From Rhizaria sp. SCN 62-66 (Eukaryota), in assembly GCA_001724265.1 (NCBI GenBank), contig MEDY01000019.1, positions 1-64,000 on the forward strand: a stretch of DNA of 64,000 bases. The letters run 5' to 3'. The notes below the pieces were generated by a model, which was given only the letters and a program-made list of their open reading frames with translations, ran no database searches and was not told the DNA's origin. Each line of letters starts with the position of its first letter. Within the stretch, counting starts at the first letter, position 1. A program made the position numbers and the translations under genes. Positions 1 through 13,800 of this stretch are shown in pieces.

Positions 1-1886
1 TTTTATTTGACGGAAGTTTGACAAAGTTGTATGGCTATTTCAAACTGCCCCTTCCAGGCGCGTTTTTGCGTTTTTCATAAACCTCTACATCAGGGGTACG
101 TACATACATAGGCACACGCGCGCACTCAAACAAAAACAACAGTAAGCAGGAAAAACACGTGTTCGACCAAAAAACTGGTAGAAAGTGCGTTATTCGTAAA
201 AACTGTTTCTTTGCTCGTAAACGTGAGCGCGCACGCGCGCAGGCGAAAATGCTGTGAAGCAAGCAAAGGCAATTCAACAGGGAAGTATTCTGGGCAGTGA
301 CAGCAGTATGAAAAAGAACGTAAGAGAGCGGACTTCAAGTGAACCTCAAAGTGCAAACTTATTGGAGTGATTTTACGCTGAAAAAGAAACGCACGAAAGT
401 GTAAGTTGACAACACGTGTGAAACCGGTGTTGCGGAACTCGTGTGTGTGCGTGTGAAAAGAAGAGGAAGGCGTAAAAAAGAACATGTAGAACAAAGTACA
501 AGTGTACACACAGGCTGAAGAACTACAAAGACAAATATACAAGAAAATATAACTTACATTACAAAGAAGGTACAGTGGGGAGCATAAGATCACAGAGCAA
601 TAATGATAAACAAAACAAACAAAACACAAACTAAACTACAAAACACAAATACAATACACAGATAAGGACAGATAAGGATACAGATACGGATATCTTGTTT
701 TTCATCTTGGAAATGAAGCACATAGAGCGAATCCACAATGATAAATATCATTGAAGCAACAGCTTTGTTATTTGCGCATCAACTTACGTCGTCGTCGTCG
801 TCGTTAATCTCGAGTGTAGAGATATAAATGAGACACCGCTGACAAAGTTGGTGGGACAGTGCTGCAAATGCGGCGGGCGTAACGCTTGCACAGAAGGCAT
901 AACACACACGCAGATGCAAGAACATAGTCAACCAAGCAACAACAACAAAAAACAAAGAGCGATGACGACTGAGATCAATGCGGATGCCGACTGAGATGGA
1001 TGTGAATATCGAACGCGATGAAAAACAATCACTGGTGAAATAAAAACTACACACCAGAAATACATGTTTACTTTAAACTTTGACACAAAACAAACAATCT
1101 ACCGAAACGAAACGAAACAATTAATACTTTTTTTAAAACATCGAACAGCAACACAACATACTGCAGCTGAGAAAGGCTGCCGTTGATACTTGACTGAACG
1201 TTGTAACTAAAATATAAAAGATATAAACTGTTGAGAGAGGCTTTTGTGTGTACGGAACAGTATGACTAGCAACATGAACACAATCTATAAGTTGTGTGGT
1301 CTGTTTGAAAATGTAACCATACAGGAAGATATTCCACTTTGCTGCACATACACAAACCCTATGTGAACGTTTTTGTCCTAAAACAATCTAACAACATAAC
1401 ACAACAGAAACATTCTATGAAATATGACATCTTGAAATATTATAATCTAAAAATCTAATCAAATCGAACTTAGTCTAAAAAAAAGTTTTCGCTGAAGACA
1501 AAACCATTGTGACGATGCAATGACATGAATGCGCTGTGGAACTTTACACAAACACACAGCAAGCAACAAGAGTAAATACAACTCCTATATTATAGTCAAC
1601 ACAGCTGCAACCACACTCAAGATTCGCCTTGTAAGCATGGAAACACGAAGAGCTGCACTGGAACTTTGCTACCACATCACATGTCACCATCATATTTCAC
1701 AACTAGAATAACCAAACACTGGACGCAAAGATCATCGAGTCACGTTATGAAATAACAAGTCGACCTTGGCGTTGTGTTGACAGTACTCAAACAAAACAAA
1801 AACTCAACTTGCGACTTCAAAACTCAACGGCGACCTACAAACACGACATCCCACACAAAGCTAAGCCGCAATGAATAAATGGCGAC
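1..1886 (-). other. Long A-rich (T-rich on minus) non-coding tract, probable 3' UTR/intergenic region of the giant gene
   Basis: AAAC/ACA-rich + strand downstream of the TAA at 1887. The ORFs here are compositional artefacts. Confidence 0.45.
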
Positions 1887-4800
1887 TTAGTTGAGGCGCA
1901 GGCCATTCTTACCAGTCATGATAGAATTGCGCATGCTGTTACTGATGTTGCTCTTGTTGCCGTTAGTTTCCTTATCCTCATCGTCATCATCGAGCATGAT
2001 ATTCGGAACAAGAACGTCAGTGTTCCCATCGTTCTCATCGTCAGAGTCACCCGCGTTCAAATTAATGTTGAAGTCCTTATCCTGTCCGGCCATCGCGCGC
2101 GCGGACTGCAAGTAGCTGGTCATGGCATCGCTACCGACGTCGACACCGCTATTGACCATGTTGGCCACAGTATGCGTGTACGCCGCGACAGCAGTAGCGC
2201 GGTCAAGCGCGTTGGCGTTGTCCTCCGAAAGCCCGTTCTGCACATCCACAGGCCCATCGAGACCGACGGGCTGCGCCTGCGCCTGATTGACTTCGCCGAA
2301 CATGCGCGCGAACGCGGTGCGGTTGTCCTTCGTCTCGTCGACGGTGACGACGCGCACGGTGTTGGCGTCGCCGGCAAACTGACGGCGCGCAGCGCGCTTT
2401 TCCTGCTTGGCCTGCTCCTTGAGGTCGGCCTCGCCTGACTTCTCGCGGCGGCGCTGCAGGCGCGCGATGCGCCACTGACGAATGACGACCTGAACGTCGT
2501 TGCCGGCCGCGTGCGCCTCGTAGATACGGCGGCGCAGCGGGCCCATCTCGAGCTCCTCGCGCGCCAGTAGAATGAAGGCGATGACGACCGCAAGGATGAA
2601 AAAGACGAGGATGAGCACGATGACCCACTTAATGGTGTCCTTGACGACTTGCTTAACGGACTCGATGAAGAGGAAATTGGCCAGGAAGAAGATCATGAAC
2701 GAGCTGAAGAGTGAGAAGTACTCGACGAACTCGGTGATCTTGTTCTCAAAGGGGCGCGCAGAGACCTGGGCTGCGATGAAGAGGAACACAATGAGCGCGG
2801 CGAGGATGAGCTGGGTGTGCACCGCGCCGGGAAACAAGATGGGAATCGCCACGAGCACGACCTTGCGGAAGAGCTCAGCCAAGAACCAGTAGTAGCGCGT
2901 GGTGCGGTAGCCGCGGTACAGGAAGGCCATGCGGGACTCGAACGCGAGCTTGCGTTTGCGCAAAACCGACGACACGCCGGAGTGGTGCATCTGGATCAGC
3001 CCGCGGTTGCTGTACAGGTACCAGCACGCGAATATCGGCAGGCCGAAAACCCAGACCAGGCCCATTGGCAGACCGAGCGCGAGGAAGAACATCGTGTGGT
3101 CACTACTCCAGCATGGCACTGTCATGTCGCCCAGGAAGTAGCTGGCGCCGACCCAGTCCGCGCCGCCAATCTCGTGGCACGACACGAAGGTGAAGAACTG
3201 CTTGGCGATGTTGGGGTGCATAACGAACATGACGACAGTGATCGACGTGACGATGAAGCCGATCAGCTCTGCAGGCGCGAAGAGGTAGCGCGACTCTGTC
3301 ACGTCGACGTTGTGGCGCAACTCGGCTGCGGTGGGGCGCTTGCCGTCCTCGTTGATCTCCATCTCACGGAGCATCTTACGGCCGGCAACTTCGCCGTATG
3401 TCTTGATGTACCAGTCGCGTTTAGCACGTGCGCGGACGCGGGCGATCGCGCGCTCCTTGCGCACTGCGCGCACGCGGTAAAGCTCGGACTCGTACAGCAG
3501 CTCAAACTCGGCCGTAGTGAGATAGTTGATGTTGGCAGCGTCTTCGTCGTCGACAGCGTCAGAGCTAATTGTGTCGAGAAGCGACGGCTTCTTGTCGACA
3601 TCGCCCGTGATAGAAGCTCCGCTAGCAGCGGCAGCAGCGGCATCAGCGGCGGCGTCCTTGCGGAAAGGCATGTAACGCGCCATCATAGCGGCAAACTGCT
3701 CATGCGTGGCATGTTCGTCGGCGGCGACAGGCGCGACGTCAAGCATCATCGCCGCGTGCTGGTTGTGCATGTTCTCGACGTTGTTGTAGCTGTCTTCGCG
3801 CAAGAAGCTCACGTCAAAATCGAGGTCCTTGTTAAAGCCCTCCTTGTGCGTATCATACTCACCGCGCAGGTCATACTCGTTGCCGTCTTCATCGATGTAT
3901 ACATCGTTGAACACGTCAGCGTTGACAACCGCGGCAGTTGATGCGAGCGCGTTAAGGTCTTCCACATCAACGGGAGCAAGCATGTCATCGCCAACGTTGA
4001 AGCCGATAGGCGATTCACCACTCTTGTGCTCTTCGCCGTCGAAATGCAAGTCAAGCATGTCATCGCGCTTCCCCACAGCAGCACCAGCAGCCGAAGACGA
4101 GGTGGGAAGCACGAACGGCGAGTCCACCGCAGTGGCGCGGCCACTGCGCAGCGCGGCAGTCTCAGCGGCGGACGCAGCGGCCTCATGCTCGAGCTTCTCC
4201 TGCATAGCGCGGTACTTGGCCAGCGGGTCGTTCTGGCGATGCTCGGGGCGCGACTGGCGGGCGACCGCGGCGGCGTGCGCGTGGGCGTTGGGTAGCACGG
4301 CGACAGGGACGAAGTCGAGCTCGTCATCGCGAAGGAAGAGGTTTTCGGCATTGTCCTCATCGTACTGCGTGTCTGCGGACGGCGCGACGGCGGAAGGAAG
4401 CATGTGCAGAGTGATGTGCTGCGGCGTGTCCTCGTCAGCATGGTCGGCGTGCGTAGTTGGAATGGCGGGCGGGGCCGCGCTGGCAGCACCGCCGCCAGCA
4501 GCAGACAGACCAAGCATCTGGCCCTTGAGAGACGCCCGCGCAGCAGCAGCCGCAGCAGAGTCAGCGCCCTCCGCAGTTGCGCTCTGCGCATCGACAGAAG
4601 GCTGGCCGATGCCGTCGCTACTTACGCTGGACACAAGCGTGCGCTTAATGCGGCGACGCACCAGCCGGCTCCGGGGCTGCGCCGCCGTCGGCACGCGCGA
4701 GGTCGACGACAGCGAGTTGCGCGGCTCGGCGGGCGCGTCGGGCGCGCCGGGCGGGGCGAGCGGGCCTCCGCGCTTGGCGGTAGCGGCGGTGGCTGTGCGC

Positions 4801-7800
4801 GCAGCGTGCTCAGCCTCCTCGTCAGAGTCGCTGCGCAGACGCGTGCGGCGGTCTTCGCGCTCGTGGACACGGATGTCCGCGAAAATCTTGCGGCCGCCGG
4901 CAATCGTCGCCGTCTCGCGCATCGTCTCAAGCGCGGCGCGCTGAGAAGCGTTGTGGCCAGCGATACCGAGCTCGCCCGACTCGTCGACCGAGTCCCAGAT
5001 AGGCTTGACGTGGCCCAGATGGTTGTCAGGCTTGTCGACATTGTTCTCCGTCTGTAGCGCAGACTCTGCGGCACGGCGGCGGCGCATTGTCTGCAGGTAC
5101 TCGAGGTACTCCTCGGCCATGATCACCAAGTGTCTGCGCTGATTCTTGAGTACGAGCTTGACCTGTTCGTGGTAGTTGCGGCGGTTCAGGAGGTAGCTCA
5201 GCAGCAGCACGGCCAGCGGCAGAAGAATGCCGACCAGGGGAAGCAGCATGATGGCGATGGACGAGACCCAAAACGGGCGGATCGACGAATTGTACGGCAG
5301 GAAACAGTCGAGCGTGGCGATCGTGGTGCCGAGGCCGCCGATGACATCCATGGCGTCGAAGAACGAACGCAGAATTCCGGGCCAGTAGACGTCGTAGCGC
5401 GCAGCGATGGCGAAGATCTGGATGCCAGAGACGGCGATCTTGAACAGCAGCGGCACGGCGGGCGCAGGCAACTCGTTAGTCGACTTGCGGCCGTCGACGA
5501 TCTGCTTCCACGCCAGCACGGCACAGATCAGGATTGCAGCCAGGATTGAGGCCGTGAGGTATAGGGCCTGGACAGGCGCGCTGAAGCACTGGCGGCACGT
5601 GAAGGTCGACTGATGGCCGTAGCCGGGCTCGCAGACCGTGCAGAGGTTGCCGCCGTGGCCCGCCAAGCAGGTGCTTCCCGAGAGACAGGCTTCGTGGAAG
5701 CACTCCTGGAACGACGACACGGGGCGGCGCGCAAAGGCCTCGTCAAGTATCGGCTCTGCTACGTACGCGTCACCGAGAGTCGTCTCCGCGGCGGAGAGCG
5801 TGACGTTGCCGCTGATGTCGGACTGCGTCGGGCGCGTGAAAAGGCCCATAATGATGTTGAGCAGCGTGGCGACTTCGTCGGACACGGCTGCGTTGCGCAC
5901 AACCCAGGTCGACGTGAACTTCATCGCAGACGCCGTCGCCACACGTCCATGCGAAACAACCTTGGAGCCTGAGTCAGCGCCACCAGAGACAGCAGTCGTC
6001 GACGTGGAGTTGTACGCGATAAGGCCGTTCTGCGAGTACGCAGGTGTAATGAGCAGCACAACGCGCGCGCCGTAGAACCCATCAGCGTCTAACAACTGCG
6101 GCGAAATAGACGAGATCACAACACGCTCTTGTGGCAACACAGTGTTGTCAAACAGAACCTTAACGATGATTGCGCGCACCGCAGCCTGCTCGGCAGTGGT
6201 GACAGCGGACATGCGCAAATCGATCGACATGCGCACGGCCTTCACGACGTCGTCCTGGATCGCGGACGGCGAGTACGACTCGAGCGACACAATGCTGTAC
6301 GCCGTGGTGCCGCCCAGACTGCAATCGCCGCCGCTTATGCAGGCCGTGCACACGCCCGTGAGCGCCTGGTAGTAGCCCGACTTGCACTGGCAGTACGCGT
6401 AGTCGATCGTCTGCTCCGCGTTCTCGCCGCACTTAGCGCAGGCCGTGCTGCCCTCGTGCGACGCGTACGTGCCCGGCACGCACTGCGCGCAGCGGTCCGC
6501 CTTGGCGCCCGAGAACATGCCGCGTGGGCAGAGAATGCACGTTGCGGAACCGAGGGGCGAGTAGGTGCCCGCGGGACAGGACTCGCATTGCGTGGAGCCG
6601 TACGACGCCGCGTGCGTGCCGGACGGGCACTGCGTGCATTGCGCCTGAGAGCCCGTGCGGTTGTTGTACTCACCGGGGAAGCACGCCTGGCACGAGTAGC
6701 CGCGCTCAAACGTGCCCGCCGTGCATTGCACGTAGGATAGAAAGAAGTCCTGCGTGGACGCCGCGCCGTAGCGCTGCGAGAGCACAATGCGCTGATCAAG
6801 CCCGGTGCCCGGTGGCACGTGGCAGCGCACGACACGGTGCGGCAGCGACGCATTCAGCGCGTTACTCCTGTCGTGCTCGACGTAGAGACACGAAATACCA
6901 CCGATGGTGACTGTGGCGCCATCGTAGCCAAAGTTATGGCCACGAATCACAAGCACGTTGCCACCCTGGCGCGCGCAGTTAACGACGGTGGCGGTGCCCG
7001 CCTGTGGCATCGTGCAGCCCTCGATCGAGTCAATGGTGGGCGCACCGTAGCTGAGCATGTTGTCGACCTGCACGGTCTGCGTCGAGGCCTTGACGATGAA
7101 GGTTAGATTCGAGCCGGTGCCGACAGGGACGCGGCAGTAAAAGTTGGTCGAGTCGATGTACTGCTCAATCACACAACGGCGACCGTGGACAAACGCCGTG
7201 AGGGGCTCGATGAACGCATTGCCGACCACGTGCAAGTAGTCAGAGCCTTCTGTCGAGCAGCCAGTGGTTGAGATAACGCCGGTCTCCTCGTTGTTGATGG
7301 AGGTGGTGCAACCAGTGACGGAATCAACGCGCGGAATCTGCGGATACGACAGCTGGTCCGTGGAGTATGCAAAATGGCCGGCGAGCGAAAGTTTGAAGCG
7401 CAGGTTGGCCTTGTTGACCATGTCCGGCACAAGGCATACGATGGTACGGTTGACTGTGGAGATATCCAGCGACGCCTTAATGTCGACCACGCACTCCTCC
7501 GGGTAGTCATCATCCGTGGTGGCCTCACCCATGTACATGGCCAGCAGTCCAGGCCGGTCAAAGTACAGATTCGAGACGTCGAAGCCGATAAGCTCGCCCA
7601 TGACGCTGGGCATGACGTAGTCGTCGGTACGGCCGGAGTCGTACGTTACGGAGAAAAGCGACGACGCGACGAACGCAGGCGCCGGGTAGCGCAGCTTGTA
7701 GTTGCTGTTGACGGCCATGTCCGGGTGGTTCACCGTCGCGCCGTCCCAGTTCCAGTTCCAGCGGGTGCAGTTGATCTTGGCGTCGACCTTAATGCTCTCC

Positions 7801-10800
7801 GCGTAGCAGAACTGGACGCGCAGATACAGCTCCATGCCCTGTCCGGGCGTGAGCAGACACTGCACGCGCAGCATCGTGGTGGGGTACGTGGGGTGGTCCG
7901 TCACGGTCACGCTACGGCAGTCGTAGTCAAGCAGACCGGGGAAGGCGTTCGAGCTGGGGTTGGAGAACATCACCGCGTTGACGTAGGGCGCAGCGAGGTT
8001 GCGGCCGCGGATGACAGAGAAAGCGATGGGTTGGGTACCAGACGCGTCGGACGGGTTAATGGTGCGCGACAAACTGTCGACCGTGGCCGGCAGCGGGTAC
8101 AATTCGGGGTTGAGCATGTATGATGTGTACTGCTGGTCCGTCACGACAGCCTCGAGCGCGGGCGAGCTCGTCACATAGGGCGTGCAGACAAACGAGCCGA
8201 ATGTGTTGATGCAGCGTGAGCTCGAGCCGTACGTAGCAGCACAATCAAAGTAGTAGGCCCCGTTGGCGTCGCACTCGTCGACGTCAATGCACTCAGGAGC
8301 AGCAGGGCTCCAGCCGAGTTCAGCGCCAAGACACTGGCGAGTGGCGGTGGCCGTACCGGACTTCATCACAAATCCGCTGGCGCATGTGTAGATGGCCTTA
8401 GAAAGGTAGCTTGTCGCAGTAGGCGTCACAGTGGGATCGTAGTCGTATGTGATCGAGCCCAAATACAATATCTCGTCGGCGGGACCGCAGTTGTACGGGA
8501 TACAGACAGGCTCGGTGTTGTCCCATCCGACGTCGATGTTACGGCACGTGCGGGTCGCGTTGTGTGTCAGCGACGTGTTGAGCATGTTGCGCGGCTCATA
8601 ACCCGTCACGCAGCGGTACAGCGCCGTACTGTTATATATACGGTGTGCGTCAGACGTCGGGCTCGTCGTACTCAAGCCCGACGGCTGGGTATACAGAACC
8701 TCCTTGACGTTAGCAGGCAAGGTGATTGCGCTACATACGTGTATTGCGCATGAAGGCGTTCCTGAAGGAGTCCAGCCGTCGGGTAAGCACATCCGTGTCG
8801 CGCGCAACTGCAGCGAGTTCGAGCGGTACGCCAGGACGCCCGTGCCATCGGTGACGCTGTAGCCGGCATACTTAAGATCATAGCCTTCGGAGCAGCTGTA
8901 GACTGCAGTAGAGGAGTTGTAGTTCTCGCCGAAGTTAAACTCACCGTTCGCAACCTCAACTGTGAGGAATGAGTCCTTAGATGGAGCACCGCAGTTCTTG
9001 GGCTCACACGTGGTGAGGTTAGCGCTCCACTTACCACTCTCGTTGCACCAAATTGAGGTCAGATTCGACGCGTAAGGCAGCGTGCCGTACGCGCAAGTCA
9101 TCGTCAGATTTACGGAGAACTTGTTCGCCAGCGAGGCGGGATCCTGCACAATCGTGCCATATTTACGCGTCAGCGTCTCGCACGTCTTGTATGTACAGAC
9201 TGGGACGTAAATCGGCATCCATGTGCTATCGGTGCACGTACGTACCGCTGTGTGCGAAATTGATGTGATCTGGAACTCGTAACCAGGCTTGCACTCGTAC
9301 GTTGCAGTCGTGTTTGGGTCGTACGGATTACGTGCCGGCAGTGTAACGCCGGCCGTGTTGCGGTACGTCACCGGCACCATGCGTTCCGTGTCGTATAAAA
9401 GCGGCGAGCACGAGCTGGTTGTGCAAACACCGTCCTCGCCATCCCACGTGCCATCCGAAAGACAGCGGCGGGTGTTGTTGGACACAGCGCGGTAGCCACT
9501 GGGGCAGACGTATGTCGCCACGGTAGTAAATCGCGGCGGGTCTGAGGTGTAAGTCACTGACTCCACGTCAACGCCATTACGCGCCTCAAGATACTCGCAC
9601 TGAACACCAAGACACTGCGGTACGGCCGCGCTCCAGCCGCCACGCGTGCAAGTGATGTTAGTTGCGCCCTCGACCTGGTAACCAACAGAGCACGAAAATG
9701 CGGCAGTAGCACTGTAACTGGACTCACCAGATGAAAGGCCGACCGTCCGCGTAATAGAACCGTTAGAGGGGGCTTGGATCACAGGGCAGACGTGCAACGA
9801 GCATATGGGCATATTTGTAGCATCCCATCCATTCCACGCGCAGGTCACGCGCTGCTGGCAGGTCTTCTCAGAGAGACCGTACGAGTTGGTCGAAGTCGAG
9901 CAGTCCGAAGCGAGTTTAGCACTGGACAGCGTTGTGTTGAGGTTGTAGCCAGTGTTACAGGAGTATGTGATAACAGTGCCATAGCCAAGCACGCCAAACT
10001 CGCTTGCAGTTGTCGTGATGACACCATTGGTCAAATCGCTGTACTGCGTGCATACCGTGTAGTAGGTCTCAAAGGACGCCGTGGTGAGAGGCCAGAAGAG
10101 CTCGCCGCTCTCGCGCGCGACCGTCAACACAGGCAGCTTGTCGGCGTCAATACTGCGGTTACGCGTGTAGTCGTTGCAGCGGATCCAGAAGTATACCTCG
10201 CGCGAAGTCGCTAGCGCAGTGAAAAGACGCGTTGAGGTCCACTCAGTGTCGGGCGCCGCAGGGACCACGCCAGAGGCCTCAGACGCGATCAAGCACTCGC
10301 CGGCAACGGTCGAAGGAACACTTACGCGGATTTGCGTGGCCTTCGGCAGCCCTGTGGTCGGCTCAAAGTAGAGCCGCAAGCGGTTGGCCTCGCGAATGTG
10401 GATCGACGTGATGGCGTCGCCCGACGGCAGACCAAGCCCGAAGGTGCTGTACACGGGGAACAACGCCGAAGTGTAGGTGATGTAGTAAGTGGTCGCCGCG
10501 GTGGGGCGCAGAGTCAGCGAGACACCGGTCTGCTCGGAAACTGTGGCGGAGCAGATAACATAGGCGTCAAGTGTCTCGGTGTTGGCCGGCAGATTGAACG
10601 TCAATGAATATGTCGTTGCAGAGGTCGTCAGAGAAACTAGACACGTGACAACCGGTGAGCTCAACGTGAACGATGTCTGGGCAGATAACGCGGGGCGGAA
10701 GCGCATACGAATACGGTGTGGCTTGGTCGTGCGTACAGTACTTAGAGCAATCGGCGTTACCGGCGCAACCGTCAAGACCTCGTTCGCGATATAGTCTTCA

Positions 10801-13800
10801 ATCCAAATCGCGCCGCGCATCGCAAACGAGGCAGTAGTGGTGGGCAAATAAATGTCGTTGAGCGCGGTGATTGTGAATGCAGTTGTCAGGGCCGTGTCAA
10901 CGCGACGGCAATAGAAAGCAACATCTTGTGTTGTCATGGTCGATACATACGTGAAGTTGAACGGAGAAGGCACATAATCGGTCGTCGCGCCATAAAGGCG
11001 GAACACGCAGTCGTTGGTCGCAGATGCGGCGCTGCCATCGGTGATCATAATCGTCGTTTCTTCGGTCGGCAGCGGCACAGGGTTGAGCGCAAACGAGATC
11101 GTGGTATATGACGTAATCGGCGACGTGAGCAGGCTCACACTGCTAAACTCCAGGTATCCGCGCACGCGCATCGGTTTGGTCAGTGCGGTGATGTAACGCT
11201 CGCCGGCAATAGCCTCAGCAATGAGATAGGGGAACTCTGACGTGGCTTCGCGGCATGCGACAGCAAAGCCGACTCGCGAATCACCGAGATAGAAGAGCAC
11301 CTGGAAAGTTGTCGACAGATCCATGGTGCTGTTGGTGGTCCCCGTGGAGCCAGAATCGGTGGCCACAAAGCCGCATGAGCCGCGGATGGTGGACAGAGAA
11401 ACACGCACAATAGTCTGCGCCGAGAGCGCGGGCGCCATCTGCAGCACGAAGTAGCGCAGATCCGTCTTGGGCGCGCGCAGGAAGTACGGGTCCTCCATCA
11501 CAGTCACGGTGTCGCCAGGAAGCATCTCCGTGCCGTCGTCGTTGAGGTGCGCGGCCGTGTCAGTGATGTTCGCCGCCACCTGCGTGGTGGGGTTGGTGAA
11601 AGAGATGGACATGCGGCCCTTGACTTGGTACGGGCCGAAGGTCTCCGTGACATAACTTCCTGTTGGAGAGATGATACGAATCATCGGGCCCTTGACGTGC
11701 GTACGGCGGCAGTAGATGGCAAACTTAATCGGACCCATGCGCGTACTGGTGTTGTTAAACTGCGCCTCCGTCTGCGTCACCACAGTTGTCGTTGAGTAGC
11801 TCGATGTGTCGTCGATCTTGTCAGCCGACGTGAAACGGCAGTCGGCGGACGAATCGGAGCGCTCAATACGGATCTGCTGCGGCACGTTGGGGTTGATCGA
11901 CAGCGTGATCGAACCAAGCTGTGGAGTGGCAGTGACAAACGTGGTCGTGTCAGGCAAGTCGTCCAGATAGAATGAGCCCTGGGGCTGCAGACTGGTCGAG
12001 TCAAAAGCAGGGTAAGACGTGTCATGCGTGTCGCCAGTTACAGTAAAGCGGATCGAGATAGGCCTCGACGTCGGTGACTCGCACCAAAGGTAAATGTTGA
12101 ACATCGCGAAAGATGCCGTAAACTGCTGGACTTGAATAATGTTATCCTTAATCTCGCTGTACGACAGGTGACATGCGTTTGCGTCATCATTCTGCAGACT
12201 AATCGTGACGTTAAGTCCTTTACCAGACTGTGGCAACGGGCGCATAAAGACTTCAATGCGAATGCGCGCCTCGGAGTACACTTGCCCGGCCGGGATGGGG
12301 ATCGTGTCTGCAGCTGAGTTTGTGACGTCTACGGCCACTGTGGTGTTATCAGTAGTTGCGCGTTGCCATGTAAGCTCGTAGAAGCCGTTGATGTTGAAGG
12401 TACGTGACACGTAAGGAGTGTAGGTCGCACGCAGCGTCGCGTCACTTGCGCTCTCGGATGAAGCAGGTGTAGGAGCCACCATCGTGAAGGTAATCTTACC
12501 ACCAATACTTGTTGTGGGGCAATACATGCGAATGGCAATGGTGCCGACGCCAGGTGCAAATGTTGTCGTATAGGGAGCGGAAAAGGCAATTTTACTCAGG
12601 TCAACGGCGGTCGGGATCGTGTTGACTAAATCAGAACCGGAAGCAAACTCGCACGATGAGGGACCTGTAACGATCACATTGACTGGCGCGGTTCCGGCCC
12701 ACGGCAACGAGAGGGTCAGCGTGAGAGGGTGCAGAATCAGCGACTGCAGCGCGCTGTAAATGTAGTTGTTGTGATGGCCCGTGGCCGTCGTGCGCACAAG
12801 CATCTCGTTGCGAATCTTAATCGTCGGCAGCACGGTCCACTTGATGTTATCACCCGACAGAATGTCGCGCTCAATTTGAATCGGTACCGTCGAGTTCGTG
12901 CACGCCACGTAGAACCTGTCACTTAAGGTGCCGGAGTCGAGAGTGTAGTAGATACCAGAGGCAGCCGTGACACCATCAGACATGGTGGAAAAGCCTGTCA
13001 CAGAGGTTGTACGCATCTCACTGTACACAATCTTTGTGTCCTCAGAAAAGCGGCAACCTGCAGTGACCGGCGCCAGCACAACCATGATCGTCGAACGACT
13101 GATGGCGTATTGGAAAATGCTCTCAATCTCAATCGCAGTTTCAGGAGAAGTCTTATACGAGCCGCCTGAGAGCGTCATGGCGGTGCCGTCAAGCAGATAA
13201 AAGTTGCTCACCGTGTTGGGATCGTATGCAAGAACGTTGGACGTCGGCACAATTTCAAAGCCGCTACTGTTCGTGCCTGTGCCATACGCGAGGTAAACAT
13301 CGATCGAATCACGCAGGAAAAATGACTGAGTACAGATGATGTACGCGGTCGCGAGCGTCTCACTTGCTGCAATAGTGACGGAAATCTCGACAGACTCAGT
13401 ACCGTTGGCGGCAGTGCGAAGGCGGCAGGGGGAGTTGGTCATCGCAATACTGTTGCGCAGCAACTGAACACTCATAACCGATTTTGACTGCGCGCGGGGG
13501 CGGATATTGACTGTGAATGGCCGGACAACGTTGATCGGCAAGTTGAATCCGTCGACCTCTTCGAGGAATGCAGAGCCATACACTGTACGCAAGCGAGTCG
13601 CGGCAGAAATCAAGTTCACTTTCGGCGGTGACGCGGCGTGTGTGACAGTGATGGAGATACCTGCTGCGTTAATCTGCGAGCACGCCATCAAAATAGAGTC
13701 ATATTTAAGCGAGCTTGAGTTCACATTCGCATTGCTGGTACCGATGTTTAGCACGAGCGATGCGGCGGCGGCGGCGGCACTGTTGGAATCGCGGAACATA

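Noticed and set aside
656-695. CAGATAAGGA-like short tandem repeat
   Set aside because: Only 3-4 degenerate units in non-coding DNA. Not CRISPR-like or telomeric.
126-1054. Hydrophobic F/L/C/V-rich ORFs in AT-rich tracts (also 36993-37763)
   Set aside because: Products of T-rich UTR-like composition, with non-ATG starts and codon usage unlike the real exons.
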